This document shows, piece by piece, positions 49,501 to 62,791 of a stretch of 64,000 nucleotides of DNA. A model generated the notes under the pieces. That model saw only the letters and a program-made list of their open reading frames with translations. It was not told the origin of the DNA and did no database searches. This stretch comes from Bilabrum cf. latius. Its lineage: Eukaryota. Numbering within the stretch: position 1 is the first letter of the stretch; each line of letters starts with the position of its first letter. The stretch covers positions 186,001-250,000 of the forward strand of contig OZ237772.1 in the NCBI GenBank assembly GCA_965178125.1, written 5' to 3'. Position numbers and translations under genes: made by a program.

Positions 49501-50489
49501 TTCTGCCGGAAGCAAGCACGCAACCGAATTATCTCGATGGTCTCGATGAAAGCCTTCTCGCATCATTGGATCATACGGAAGTTGTAGCAGCGATTGAGTG
49601 TGCTTCTGGGCTGGCGCACAGCGCCGGCAGCGACTTGATCAGTGCCGTTCGGTGTGGCAAGCGGCTTGCGGGCATCAGCATGAAACTAGCCGAGGCGGAC
49701 GCGGCATGCCTGCGGAAGCTGATTGACCACCAAGAGACGATTTCCGTGCGCCGTGCGAGGTCAGGGGCAGCTGAAGCGCATTGCATGATGCGGGTGCCCC
49801 TACTGAGCCTCGTTTGCGTGATGCAGGCTGCTGGACTCAACGATAGCCCTCTGTTGACAAGCATTGAGCAGTCCGCCGGTGCTATAGAAAGGCTGCTGAC
49901 AGTCTGCATCCGCGAGGCTCATGCTGCAATGCAGGCAGCAACAGCACGCCAGGCGGTCCAGGTTTACGACGAGCTTAGTGAATTCATAGTCGCAGCGGCT
50001 CGGGACCATGCCTTGCTGGGTGGCATGCCTAGGATCGATGTGAAGCAGCGGGCTGTGCATGCCTCTAGTAGGGCAATGGAGCAGGAAAAGGCACTGCTCG
50101 AAGAAGGGACAGAGTAGGGTGCTGATATCCTCCATCCCGCTAGCGTTCTCTTGCGCGACATTCTGGTGGAATGTGAGCCATCACTTGAGACAGATGCAGA
50201 TGGAGCGGTTGCTGCAGGTTTCAGTGGCTCCATGGGCAGAGGTGACCGAGACAGTGGATAGTCTGGACTGAAGGTGCTGCGTCACATGATTGGCACGTTG
50301 CCCATGCTACCCAAGTCGAAGGAGACCATCCTTGGTTTCTTGGCCGCTCTTGAGTCACATTGGGCCGAGCAAGGGCACGTGCGAGCATAGGCTAGCCAAG
50401 CCCAGCCTTCCAGTGCTAATGAGGAGTCCATCAGGCAGATCGTGGCTGCCGTACGGGCAGCGTGTGCCAAGGCAGCTTTACGGCAATAA
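46506..50489 (+). CDS. Multi-exon ankyrin-repeat protein, paralog B (tandem duplicate of A)
   Basis: Same exon order and equivalent intron positions as A (GMSAVHLAAENGH, DTPLELALSNEH, TPLCRAVDTGN, TPLHRACELGH); blocks of near-identical DNA; ends in TAA 50487 after TAG read-through. Confidence 0.82.
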
Positions 50490-50869
50490 CCTGAATGACA
50501 AGCGCTGCATGACGAGCTGTTGGGCTCCTTGCTTAGGATGTATGCTTCCGTACAGGCTTTTGCTTAAAATGATCTACAGTCAGGACGGCCTTTCTGGGAG
50601 TGCTTATTCTGCCGATGATGAAACCAGCCGGGCCTGATCTCACGGACGCGTGGCGCCGCGCAATTCGGTTCGTGCCAGCGGCGGAACTGCATGCCCATAG
50701 TAGAGCAAGAGGTTAATAAAGCAAAGACTGGCGAGCGCTGCTCCTCAGCGCCCGAATAGCACGCGGCTTGATTGCCGGTCGAGCCTAATTGTGACCTCTC
50801 AACTTCCACATCTGCATGTGGTTGGGTGATCCGATCCCCCTGATCCGAGTCACTCGTCACACACATGCC

Positions 50870-51210
50870 CAAACCCCCACCTGCCCGGCCTGTGCCTCCC
50901 CCTTCTAATCCGCCGTATCACCCCGATGACCCCACCACTCATCTTCTCCTCCACTACTTCCTCCCCACTTGGTGAACTGCCGCCCTCTCCCCTCTGCTTC
51001 GCCTCCCCCCATCCCTCGCCCTCTGTACCTCCATCCCCGCCATCCCTCGCCCTCTCTATGCTCCGCCCCCCCCTATCCCTCGCCCTCTCTCTCTACTCCA
51101 CCCTCTCCACCCCCCCCCCCCCCCCCCCCGCCCTCCCATCCGTCGCCCACCCCGAGTCGCCGCCGCTCCTGGTCTGCATCACAAGCCTATATTTCTCTCT
51201 CACTCCTCCG
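50870..51210. repeat. Pyrimidine-rich low-complexity tract including a long poly-C run
   Basis: Strongly C/T-skewed intergenic stretch with about 20 consecutive C around 51110-51129. Confidence 0.8.
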
Positions 51211-51935
51211 CATCGCTACGTCGCATCTGAGCCTGCACCTCGAACAGGTACGGCGCCCACCGCGCGACCTCAATCCCAGAGACCTTGCTGGCCTCACCAA
51301 CAAGGATGGTGGGTGGAACAGAATTTCTTTGAGAGGTGTTCTGTTTTAATTAATACTTACTTTGTTACTCTGTTTCTAGGTAACCTGCCAGAATACCAGA
51401 ATAATTTGTGCGTGCAAAATAATGGTTTAGTGAATGGTTTAGTGATATGAAATGTGCAGAAATCGTCGATCAGGTAGGGAGAATCCAGGTCGATATCGTC
51501 GATCCGATCGATATTTCTAGCATTTATCTTCCCTTCTCGTGCGTGCTCGGCTCGGATCAATGTTGCGTGCACTTACAGCCGATACAGCAGGACGTGGGAC
51601 TGGAAGTGATGTGCACAGAATCTTTAGGATTGTGGCGTTGAATAAGGCACGATCTACTAAAACCCTTCGCTCAGATAATTTTGATCTATCATGTGAGTTT
51701 GCCACGTTTAAATTGAATTGTTTACGTACAGCAGTGGCGGAGCCCAGGCAAAGCAACGAATTGCATGCAGGAATATTCTGTCGAGGTTGGCAGCTGTGCC
51801 AAACATGCCGCGCAATCCGCGGCGATGTAACCATGGCTCCGAAGTCGTTTTTAAGTAGCTGATTCTAACTGGATTGGTCAGCACCGCCGACCCATTGCTC
51901 TGTGTGTTATTTGGCATCGCCGCAGGCTAGAGCCC

Positions 51936-54887
51936 ATGGTATTCCTGGCTGTCTTGGCAGTAGCCCAGCCTCTAGACCGTGGGAGATTCGGGACCTCCAG
52001 AAACACGATAATTTCATCTTTGGCGGATGCCATCTACGAGTCAAACCATGAACCAAGCCAAAGCGTGCGCAGAACACCGCGCCAACTGAGCCAGCCGACA
52101 TCTGTAGGGACAGTTGCGTCATCTTTCCATGTCTCAGAGGCACAGGAGACATTTCCAGATTATGAAGATACTGGAGGGAACTTCGGGAAATCCTTGGCAC
52201 ACCTGGGTGACCTTGACGGCGATGGCTCGGCAGATATAGCAGTGGGCTCTGATGGACCCAAAGCTGCATTCGGCGCCACGACTGGGGCCGTGTGGATCCT
52301 TTTCCTTGACGCGAACGCCACAATTAAGTCATTGTAGGAGATATCAGATGCGCAGGGTGGCTTCACTGGGACACTTGGGAGTGGTGACTAGTTTGGGAAA
52401 TCCTTGGCAGCTATTGGAGACTTGAGCGGCGATGGCACGCCTGACCTGGCAGTCGGAGCAACCGGTGACGATGATGGGGGAGTCCGAGGTGGGGCTGTAT
52501 GGATTCTCTTTCTGGCATCAAACGGCAAGGTTAAGTCGCACCAGAAAATTTCGCACACCTAGGGCAGCTTCACCGGATTTCTTTACGGTTTCGATCTGTT
52601 CGGAACTGCCGTGGCTGATTTGGGTGACATTGACGAAGATGGCACAACCGACATTGCAGTGGGAGCAGTTGGTGATGACGATGGTGGTTTCAACCGCGGG
52701 GCCGTTTGGATCCTTTTCCTGAACACAGATGGCACTGTGGACTCGCATCAGAAGATATCTAGCAGGCTAAGGGGATTCACGGGGTCGCTGGGTGACAGTG
52801 ATGCCTTCGGGAACTCCTTGACATCTCTTGGCGATCTGAACGCCGACGGCACGAACGACCTTGCCGTAGGTGCATACAGGGACGATGACGGAGGGTCTGA
52901 CTGCGGGGCCATCTGGATCGTTTTCTTGGACACAGATGGCACTGACAAGTCCAGCCAGAAGATTTCGCACACGGTAGGTGGCTTCACTGGGACATTGAGC
53001 AGCGGCGACGAATTTGGCTTTGCCTCTGCGGCCATCGGCGACCTGGATAGAGATGGAGTGACCGATCTGGCCATTGGAGCTAGAAACGACGACGACGGTG
53101 GTTCCAACCGTGGGGCTGTATGGATTCTCTTTCTGGCCACAAACGGCATGGTCAAGAGTCACCAGAAAATATCTGACACCAACGGTAGTTTTAGTGGACC
53201 TCTGGACAACAGCTTCAAGTTCGGGAATACGATTGCAACTTTGGATGACATCGATGGAGACGGGAACTTTGACATGGCGGTCGGTGGGGGCGGCAGTCGT
53301 GCCCCGTGGATTATTGAGCTGGTTGCAGCAAGCCCGTCACCTACTCCCAGTGTGAGCGCCACGCCAACTGCGTCGCCAACCTCCAGTGTGACCAGTAGCC
53401 CAAGCAACAGCCCAACCCCGAGCAACTCGCCTACAAGCAGCATTACACCATCGCCAAGCTCCACCAGCACCAGTACCGCCTCAGCAACGGCCAGCTCCAC
53501 CAGTACCTGCAGCGCCACTCCCACGGCCAGCATTACAAGCACGAGTAGTGCCACGCCAACTCCGTCAACAACAAGCACCAGCAGTGCCACACCATCGCCC
53601 ACGGCCAGCATCACCAGCACCACCAGCGCCACACCATCGCCAAGCTCCACCAGCACCAGTACCGCCTCAGCAACGGCCAGCTCCACCAGTACTTGCAGCG
53701 CCACTCCCACGGCCAGCATTACAAGCACGAGTAGTGCCACGCCAACTCCGTCAACAACAAGCACCAGCAGTGCCACACCATCGCCCACGGCCAGCATCAC
53801 CAGCACCACCAGCGCCACACCATCGCCAAGCTCCACCAGCACCAGTACCGCCTCAGCAACGGCCAGCTCCACCAGTACTTACAGCGCCACTCCCACGGCC
53901 AGCATTACAAGCACGAGTAGTGCCACGCCAACTCCGTCAACAACAAGCACCAGCAGTGCCACACCCAGCGTTTCTCCTACTCCGACAAGCAGCATATCGT
54001 CGGCTCCAAGTGCTGGTCCGTCCTGCAGCGACGGCGTTTAGAATGGAGAGGAGAGCGACATCGACTGCGGGGATCCATCCGATGACCAGTGTTCTCTGTG
54101 CCAGCAGGGACGGACGTGCACTGCCTCGATCAACTGTCTGGACGGTTTTGATGGCCTTGTTTGCGATAGCGCCACCATGAGATGCTCGGTGTAGGTGCTG
54201 TCGGCTGGCAGGGCGATCAGCGTGACAGGCACAAGGATCTACGGAGTCTCGGCATTCGTGTTTCAAGACAGCCTGCAGACGCCGCTTATCGACGGATTGG
54301 TTGACGTAGGTGGTGCGGATCAGGCGCTTGTGACTCGCGTTGATGAGTTGCAAAGTGCGGAGACCGGCCGGCGGCTGCAAGACGCTGGTCGCGCCACCGC
54401 TGCACCGGGTGTTGAGATAGACGTGAGCATCATCATTCCATTAGATCGCTAGGACGAGCTGCAGACGACGCAAGGCATCCTTGGCTTCCTCGATGGCACC
54501 CGTACGGACTCGAGTGGACAAACCCTTCAATCTCGTCTGCTTGCCTAGGCTCCTTCCAGTGGGCTGACCATATCGATCGAAAACGTGCAGGTGTCGACTG
54601 AAGTGAGGCAGCAGGACGTGCAAGTCTAGGGAATTATGCCGAGCGAGTCCGGAGGTGCAGATGGCGACGGCGGTGCAGGTGGGCTGAGCTCTGGTGCGCT
54701 TGCTGTCATCATCGTCGTGGGTGCCGTTGCATTGGTCGGGTCTGCAGGTGCATACTACGTATTTTGCAGACGCGACAAGGAGGCGGGCGAAGAGTCGCTA
54801 GTAGAGAAAAGTGACGGTGAGCAAGTCGCCAGCACCGAAGTGCGCGCAGCGTGTTCCGTGCAGCCAGCCGCCGGGGAGCTCGTTTGA
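51936..54887 (+). CDS. Type I membrane protein: FG-GAP (integrin-alpha-like beta-propeller) repeats, Ser/Thr/Pro stalk, Cys-rich motif and TM helix
   Basis: Six FG.S/A...GDLD.DG..D.AVG repeats (five followed by GAVWILFL-like segments); STP-rich stalk; CSDGV*NGEESDIDCG; TM GALAVIIVVGAVALVGSAGAYYVF. One frame with eight TAGs, ending in TGA. Exact start uncertain. Confidence 0.88.
53445..53965 (+). repeat. 186-bp coding tandem repeat (about 2.8 copies, 62-aa mucin-like unit)
   Basis: ACACCATCGCCAAGCTCCACC... recurs at 53445, 53631 and 53817. Confidence 0.9.
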
Positions 54888-55355
54888 GACTGCCTCGGCG
54901 CTGGGGAAGGTCGATGGAACCAAGGGATCCAGCTACTACCGATGGGTCTAAGGTTCCGGGGACTAGATTTATGCAGGATCAAATGTCCGCCATTTGAGAC
55001 CCGAATGTGTCATCAGGGCTACTACTAGTATGCCCGGTGTTTCAGGACGCCCACCCACTCTGTGGGTGGCATGAAGTGCTCGAACCCCGCTGGGGCTCCT
55101 GCCTGCTTGTCCTGAAACCCATGTGTCTGAAAATACTGTACCCTACTGTGTCATATTTGGGTATTTGTAATCCATTTTTGGATCAATGCACCGTCCATCC
55201 GGGATCCGGATTCCGTGTGGGGATAAGGAAACACTCGGGCCTATCCAGGCCATAGTTCTTGGTGGGCAGGCCAGGCCCAGCTCGCCTGTCCGACCTTATC
55301 AAAATACAACTGCAATGTAAGGTTATGATCTCGGATTTCTACCAGGCCATCCGGA

Positions 55356-57356
55356 TCAGTCCTCGATGGACTCCTCGCTACCGCCCTTCGCAGTCCCTTG
55401 GTCGCCCCCGCCCTCGCCCTCGCCAGCGGCACCCCCCGCTGACTTGCCCTTGCTCACATCGATCCCGTCGTCCTCTTCAGCCTCCTCTTCCTCCTCCTCC
55501 TGCTGCCCAGTGCCCTCGCCCTCCGGGCCGGGACCCTCCTCCTGCACCCGCTCGGGCACCATGTCCTCTTCACGAAGGCCGTACCTCTCTGGCTCCTGCC
55601 CTGCCCCGTGCGCGTGCGAGTGCCCGTGCCTGTCCCGGCTCTCCCCCGATGCACCACAGCATACGATAACGAGGAATGCCAGCACGGTCAATGCAACAGC
55701 CCCTGACACGGCTGCCACGAGTGGGTTCCGCTGGACTACCTTGATGCTCTTCTAGACCACCCACTGCAGCTTGCTCATCACGGAGTCGTCCATCAGCAGA
55801 GCGTCGAGCTCCTTGTCCGCTGCGTCTTCAGCCGCCTTTTTCTTTGCGTCTGCATCTGCTTTGATGGCCGCTTCTTGTGCCTCGTGCCTGTGCTTCCACT
55901 CCTCGATGGCAAACTCGTTGGCTTCTTCCTCGTCGGTGCCAATGTACACGTTATCGAAAGCCAGATCGTCCGTGTGGGCAATCACCTCCAGGATCACCCC
56001 CGTCACCTTAAGGGCCTTGGCGACGTCACCCGCCACAGGCTTGTAATGGTCAGGGTTGGGGATCTCCCTCGGCTTCCACTCGCCCTTGTATTCGGGGTTG
56101 TCAATCATCTTGGGAGTCCATTCTCCATCGAAATCGGGGTTGGGAACGAGAGGTGCCTCCCACTCACCGTCCTCCTCGTCGTCCCAGTCTTCCGGCTTGG
56201 AGGCCTCAGGATCCGGCATCTGCGCCTCGTCCACCCAGTCCTCGGGCTTCTAGTCTTCGGGGTCAGGGATTTTGGCCTCGTCCACCCAGTCCTGCGGCTT
56301 GGTGTCCTCTGGATCCGGAATCGTTTTGGGCGGCTCGAAAGGAGGGTCGAAGGCGCCATCGTCGTGAAGGCTCCCTTCGTTCACAGTCTCTCCGTTGACA
56401 GACACCTTGAAGGTGTCGTCGGGTCTTATCACCAGCTGGAATAGCTGCGAGCTGGCGGCCTGGTTCCACACGGCCTTGCCCCCCGCGGGCTGTACCATGT
56501 GGTGTTCCCTGACCTCTTTCGATTCCGGGTTGCGGTGCCTCACGATGAAGTGGACCTTGTTGGTGCCCGCGCACTTGTCGGGCCCGAACATGACGCTGTA
56601 CAGCTCCGGTTTGCTTAGGTCTGTGGAGGGGCCCAGGGTCAGCGGCTCCGAGTCCTCATCGCTCTCTTCATCTTCATCGTTCTGTTGCTCCTTGGGCACC
56701 CCTGCGACCTTCAGGTAGCCGCCGCCGCACCCGACCGGCTGCTGGGCCCTGATTTCGTACTGCAGGACGAATGGCTTGCCGTCTGCTCCCGGCGTGAGCT
56801 CTTGAGGCTCGCCTTCTTCCTCACCCAGCATGCGTGCGAGAGCGAATCGGCCTCCAGACGTGAATGTAAGCATGCGCTCCCCCTCGTACCCTCCCGTGAG
56901 GGCGGTCGGCTTCTTGGCCTCCAGTCTGGACTTTTGCTTCTTGGCTTCGCCGCGCGTCGACAAAATCCAATTCTGCAAGGTTTTTCATGTTAGGACGCAT
57001 ATTGGGAAAATGAGACGACACTAGTGCGTGTTCGCCACCTGGATGAGGTGGCAGAGTATTTCAGCGGGATACACGTGGACCGCGACCACGTACCACGCGG
57101 AACGAGCAACCATAAGTGTTCATCTCACGTCGAAATTCTCCTGGAAGGTTTCCAACATGACTGCAGAGGCAGGCCTTGCGGCAACCGAGTACTCAATCGT
57201 TTCGGGCTCCTCATTCTCTGCCTCTGGATCTTGCACATCCTCATCCAGGCTTCCATCAGCGTTCACTTCAGCGGACTCGAATTCTTCCGCATCATCGGCC
57301 GCTCGAGTACCATAGATAAGACACAGTGATAGCACCAATGCAGCTACGGTTCGCAT
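55356..57356 (-). CDS. CANX: Calnexin
   Basis: Exon 1 is 57356-57129 with a signal peptide, then an intron to 56972. Motifs CGGGYLK and YSVMFGPDKC; P-domain repeats IPDPED.KPEDW and GEW.P..I.NP; TM helix and acidic tail. In-frame TAGs at 56252-56250 and 55754-55752; TGA stop. Confidence 0.95.
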
Positions 57357-57529
57357 CCCACGCCAGTGGTAGGTCAGTACAAATGCGAGTGTGGCCGCGT
57401 GGCGTTCGGTTGCAACCATTGGGCGGCGCCGCGAGCGGAACCACACTCTGATCACCGAGAAAGTTTGCGTAGGAGATAGTGGTTACTTAGTCTCTCAAAT
57501 CGTGCAGACAAGCGCCTTATAGATCAAAC
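57357..57529. promoter_or_regulatory. Probable bidirectional promoter between calnexin and FARSB
   Basis: Only 173 bp separate the two divergent start codons; no specific motif identified. Confidence 0.5.
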
Positions 57530-60076
57530 ATGCCCATCATTAGTGTGGCACGAGACGAGCTGATGCGAAGGCTCCAGGCCGATATGAGCTAGGATGAATT
57601 CGAGCACTTGTGCTTCTCGTTCGGGATCGAGCTGGATGACGTCCTCACGGAGGAGGAAGAAGCGAAGCGCGCTGCAGCTGACATGACGGAAGCAGAAGGG
57701 ACTGGTGAAGAGGAGTCTAAGGCTGCAGAAGCAGCGGACCCTGCGGCATCGGGCGAGGCGGCCGCCGCAACCTCTGCCGGATCTGACAAGCTAGTTTACC
57801 GCATTGAGGTTCCCGCCAACCGATACGACATTCTTAGCCTGGAAGGTCTTGTTCGTGCACTGAACATTTTCCGCGGCGTCGAGTCCATGCCGGTGAGGAT
57901 GCGAAGGCTCATGCTGCAGGTGCATCGTCCCACTCCCTACAGGGTGCCCTACTGCGCTCAATCAGCGGCATTTGCATGACGATCCAGCTCCGTTACACAT
58001 CTCTTTCAAATTTCATCAGATTTTAAGGCGCCGCAGAAGTACAAGCTCGCCGACCTGGGCGACCGCCCGATGCTGTCGATCAAGGTAGGCAGGGAGACAG
58101 CCGCCATCCGGCCGTTCGTAGTCTGCGCTGTCCTCCGGAACGTAAAGCTGGACGCTATTAGCCTCAAGAGCTTCATCACGCTGCAGGACAAGCTCCACTT
58201 CAACATATGCAGAAGACGGACGCTGGTCGCAATCGGGACCCACGACCTGGACACGATCCAAGGCCCCTTCCGGTACGATGCCAAGGAACCAAAGGACATC
58301 GAATTCGTGCCCCTTTCCCATTCCGAGTCGTACACCGCGGACAAGCTGCTGGAGCACTTCGAGACGGACCCCGAGGTCAAGCACATCAAGCCCTACGTCC
58401 CCATCATCAAGGATGCCCCCAGATACCCCGTGATCACCGACTCCACCGGCCGCGTCCTGTCTTTGCCCCCCATCATCAACGGAGACCACAGCAAGAACAC
58501 CATCGATACGCGCAACATCTTTATCGAGTGCACGGCCACGGATCTCGCCAAGGCCAACACCGTGCTCAACACGATCGTGTGCACGTACAGCCAGTACTGC
58601 ACGGAGCCCTTCGTCGTGGAGCCAGTCAGGGTCGAGTACGAGGACGAGTCTTTCCACGCTCCCTACGTAACACCCGATCTGAGCTATCGCCCGATGCGCG
58701 TGTCCATCGATGATGCGTGCAGCATGGCAGGGGCGGAGTTCACTCGAGAACAAGCCGCGGAATTTGCGACCAAGATGGGCCTGGACGCGAAGGTGCTGCC
58801 CACAGACGAAGACGCGGCAGCGAGCGTGACGCCTGAGGAGGAGGAGGGGGCCGCGGGAATCAAGAGTACCCGCGGCTGGATCCTGTGCTCCGTGCCCCCG
58901 ACCCGCAGTGACGTCATTCATGCGTGTGACGTACACGAGGATCTGGCGATCGCGTACGGCTACAACAAGATCGTCCCAAGGATTCCCGCGACTGCCACCG
59001 TGGGCGCGGGCCAGCCCGTTAACCTCCTGTCCGACCTGCTGCGGCACGAGATCGCCTATGCGGGCTACGAAGAAGTTCTCACGATGGCCCTGTGCTCTAG
59101 AGCCGACAACTACACCAGGGTGGGCCACGAAGATGACGGCAAGGCGGTGGGGATCGCCAACCCAAAGACCAAGGACTTTCAGATCGTCAGGACGAGGCTG
59201 CTCCCAGGGCTGCTCATGACCCTCCGGGAGAACAAATCCGCCAGGGGACTCGGAATCACAAGCGGGGTCAGGCTCTTCGAGATCTCCGACGTGTGCGAGA
59301 CGAGTGAATCGGCAGACGCCGACACGGGTGCCATCAACCGAAGGGAGCTCGCCGCCCTGTACGCCGGCCCTACCGCCGGCTTCGAGGTGGTGAGGGGTCT
59401 GTTGGACACGGTCATGACGGCTCTAGAGGTGCAGTACACCCCTGGGGCAAAGAGCGCGGAAGCGGCTGCAGCTGTGGCGGCTGAGGCTGGGGCTGGTACC
59501 AGCCCCGCACCCGCCGCAGAGTATTTGCTCAAAGAGTACGCCGCTGCTTGCGCCAAGGCGGCCGAGGCATGGGCAAGGAAGCAGGCGGGCGATGATGAGG
59601 ACGAGGAGGACGATGCGGGCGAGGACGAGGACGAGGCGACAGGCGATGAGGGGGAGGCGAGAGCACTCCGTGAGGCTGGTTTGCTGGCTGCCGATCCTTC
59701 GCGCCTGGCTGGTCGCGGCGGACTGAGGTACTACATTGTGGAGGGGCGGGATCCGACGTATTTCCCCGGGCGGTGCGGCCTCATCGTGGTGGAGAGGTGT
59801 GACGAGGGCAGCGTGGCGTAGGGTGCGCCCGTGGTGCTGGAGCGCAGGGTGCTTGGCAGGTTCGGGATCGTTCACCCCAAGGTATTCCACAACTTTGACC
59901 TGAACGAGTACCCTGGGTCCGGGCTGGAGCTGGACATCGACCAGTTCGTGCGCTGGCACGGGCTAGAGGCCGCAGAGGCGTCGGAAGGGGCCGGGTCCGG
60001 TGGCAGCGCCTCGGGCAGTGGGGAGGGGGCAGCAGAGAAGAGGGCAGACCCCTCGAGTGGCGCTGGTGGGGACTGA
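57530..60076 (+). CDS. FARSB: Phenylalanyl-tRNA synthetase beta subunit (cytosolic type)
   Basis: MPIISVARD...S*DEFEHLCFSFGIELDD, YRIEVPANRYDILSLEGL, LQDKLHFNICRRRTLVAIGTHDLD, VLSLPPIINGDHSK, VPPTRSDVIHACD and FGIVHP. Intron 57893-58036; TAGs at 57590 and 59819; TGA stop. Confidence 0.96.
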
Positions 60077-60332
60077 GTGCAGTCGAATTGAGGACCGGGA
60101 CGGTTTCACTTTGATTGATCTCAGATTGTAATAATTGCGATCCTCGATATCCTGCTCATACCACAAACCTCCGCATCCGAAATGGATCCTGATTCCGGAT
60201 GGTTTGATCAAGATCGTTGGCAAAACAATCCCAGTAACACTCTGAGCACGAGGACAGAGAACATCGAAGAACGATGCACCATGCACGGATGCGCCAAGCA
60301 CCATTCAAGGCCGTCCCCATAGGCAAGTGGAC

Positions 60333-62791
60333 TTAGTAAGCGTGCTACGCTGCGGGCCCCCGCCCGACCCAGTCGAGAGGCACGGCAGACACGTAGTCCA
60401 CGCTGACGGCACCACCGTTGGCAGCCACACCGAACGCGCCAGACCGCGGGGCGTCGGAAATGTCCACCTCGATGCGCGGCGCCAGCGGCACGATCTTGGT
60501 TCCGTAGCCGGGCACGATGTCGGGGAACTGCGGGTTTGCGAAAACGCGCACCTTGGTGCCGTCCAGCTCTGCGCGCACGAGGTTCCAGCCGTCCGAGATG
60601 ACGCCTGCGCTGGTCTTGTTGCCCATGTCGAACGACCCAACCGTCTTGCGGTTGCCGTCGGCAGTTGCGACCTGGAGATTGACCACCTGTGTCGCGCTGT
60701 TGAGGGTCACCACCAGCCCGGACTCGAATTTAGTTCCCTGCCGGATGCCGCTGCCCACACCGATGCCCTGCTTGTCGGCGGTGCGGTCGGCCACGATAGG
60801 AAGATGCAGGTGCGTTCCAGCCGCCGTGGCAGTATTGGTGTGTACCTCAGCCGAGGAACAAGCCGTGGCCTGCGCAACATCGGACGATGACGTGCTCGCA
60901 CGCACCCACAGTTCCGCAGTCGTGCTTCCGTTGACCCACAAAGACGCCTCTACCACACCGTCGCCGACCTCGATGGGGCTAGCGGCGGCTTTGGCCACCT
61001 TGTCGGCCTCGTAAATCGGAGCACCGGGGCCCTCCTCCACGGGGTTCCAGCGCCGCAGTGCGCTGCACCTTGGCTCGGGGGCCAGATCGGGGAGCGCCGC
61101 CCACGCCTCGCCTTCGGGCAGATAGAGCCAGATGTCGTCAGTAAGCCATGAATCGCCCGTCGGTTCCGGCAAGAAGGCGTCCACAAAGATGGGGCTAGCG
61201 CCTGGTGCGTCATCGACGAATCCAGGCGAACCTTCGCCCACGTTGTTCCGCACCCATGCCCGGATGGCACATGCCTCTGTGTATGAGACGGGCTCCCCGT
61301 TGGGCCAGATGGTCCCGTCCCATGGAATGGCCGGCTCCGGGTCCCCTGGTTTGGCCCTCCACTGCCAGCGGGTGTTCGAGTTGCCGACCATGACCTCCCA
61401 GTTCAGCATGACCCCAGGTACCTGTAGCTCGGGGTTGGCCTTGGCCTGGGCGGCCTGGCCGAACATGAAGTGCATCACGGTGATGACGGAGCCGTAGTCC
61501 TTCTGGCCCTGGTACCACCGCGACCCTGCCTCTGTGACGAGTGCGCCCTTGGCCGGTGCCGCGTGGATCGAGGTGTTCCACGCGGGGAAATCCGTTGAAT
61601 ACTGGTGGTAGTTAACCACGTCTGTGGCGCTGTTGTCGCTCCAGCACGAGGCGACCTGCAATGCAATGCAATGGGTGGATAAGGATACGAGAGGTGAGCT
61701 TGCCATTGAGTGAGGAGACCATTGCCGAGAGGTGCCATGATGCCACACCGCCGACAAATAAATCGAACCATGCAAAGAATGTGGACACACCAGACCTAGA
61801 CTACAGCGAAAGGCAGTGCAGCGCAATGCTGTGCACTCACCATTGCTTTGGGGTACATTTCATCGACCCACTGCCGGGACAGGGCTCGCAGCTGGCACGA
61901 CGAGAACTCGCTGCCCTTGGGGTTCGGCTGGTTGCTGTGCGGCTCGTTGTAGATGCCGATCCACTGAACTCGGGTGTCGTTCCCGTAGCGCCCTGCAACG
62001 CCCTGCACGTACGGCTTGAAAGCCTCGTACGGGCCCTGTCGCTGGGGCATCTACGGACTCGTGAACCAGCAGCCTGCGGTGTGACGAGTGAATGGCAGGG
62101 GTGGTATGTTGTGACGAGTGCGTGGACGCTTCCCATCCCATCAGACTGCAAGAAACGCCAGTCTGGTGGGATGCAGCGATGCAGCGCGTCGCTTTTCAGG
62201 AAGCGCGCGCTGGCTATGACCCCAGAGCAGATGATGATAGTCTACACGCGCACATGCATCCAACGTTTTTTTTATAAATTCCCTCTCACCGTTGTGGTAG
62301 CCGTTTTCAGGCTTGCATGGGTGTGTCAGATTGCCGGTTGCCTCGCCCAGCTCCGTGTGCCGGTGGCAGTCATCGTAGAGAACAAGACCCACCTTAATGC
62401 CGTACTGGCTCGCGATCTCGATGGTCTTGTCGGTGGCCGCAAACAGGGTCTTCCCTTCGTCTTTGCGGAAGATGTGCGAGTGCAGAAAGAGCCGGATGGT
62501 GTTGTAGCCCAGGACCTTTGAGGCGGCCGACAGGTCGGAATGTACCTGGTCCCAGAACTGGTCAGGATACGCAAGCCAGGCGTTACCTCCCGCTAAGGAA
62601 GGAGTGTATTCGGCTCCAAACCACTGATGGGTGTCGTAAGGAGCTCCTGTTGGGGGGCGAGGAGTGTCGGCGCAGTTGGATCCTCCAACCGTTGCGGTCT
62701 CGTACGGGAACCTCCCGTCGGTGGCAGCCGTGTAATGCGCGGCGAATCCAATCAGTCCAATGCATGCGATTGCGTGCTTCACAGACTTCAT
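60333..62791 (-). CDS. Secreted clan GH-A (GH5-like) glycoside hydrolase with a C-terminal beta-sandwich domain
   Basis: Signal peptide; GYNTIRLFLH; acid/base motif GIYNEP; NYHQY; candidate nucleophile LVTEAG. Introns 62289-62074 and 61840-61656; TAGs at 62053 and 60347; TAA at 60335-60333. Confidence 0.8.

Noticed and set aside
52335-56252. UAG as pyrrolysine, Leu, Glu or Tyr, or removal by tiny introns
   Set aside because: Paralog and repeat alignments point to Gln, and flanking residues are collinear with no missing sequence.
21214-59128. Long antisense ORFs (e.g. 21214-22695, 26210-27079, 58016-59128)
   Set aside because: Shadows of GC3-rich genes on the opposite strand with no independent motifs.
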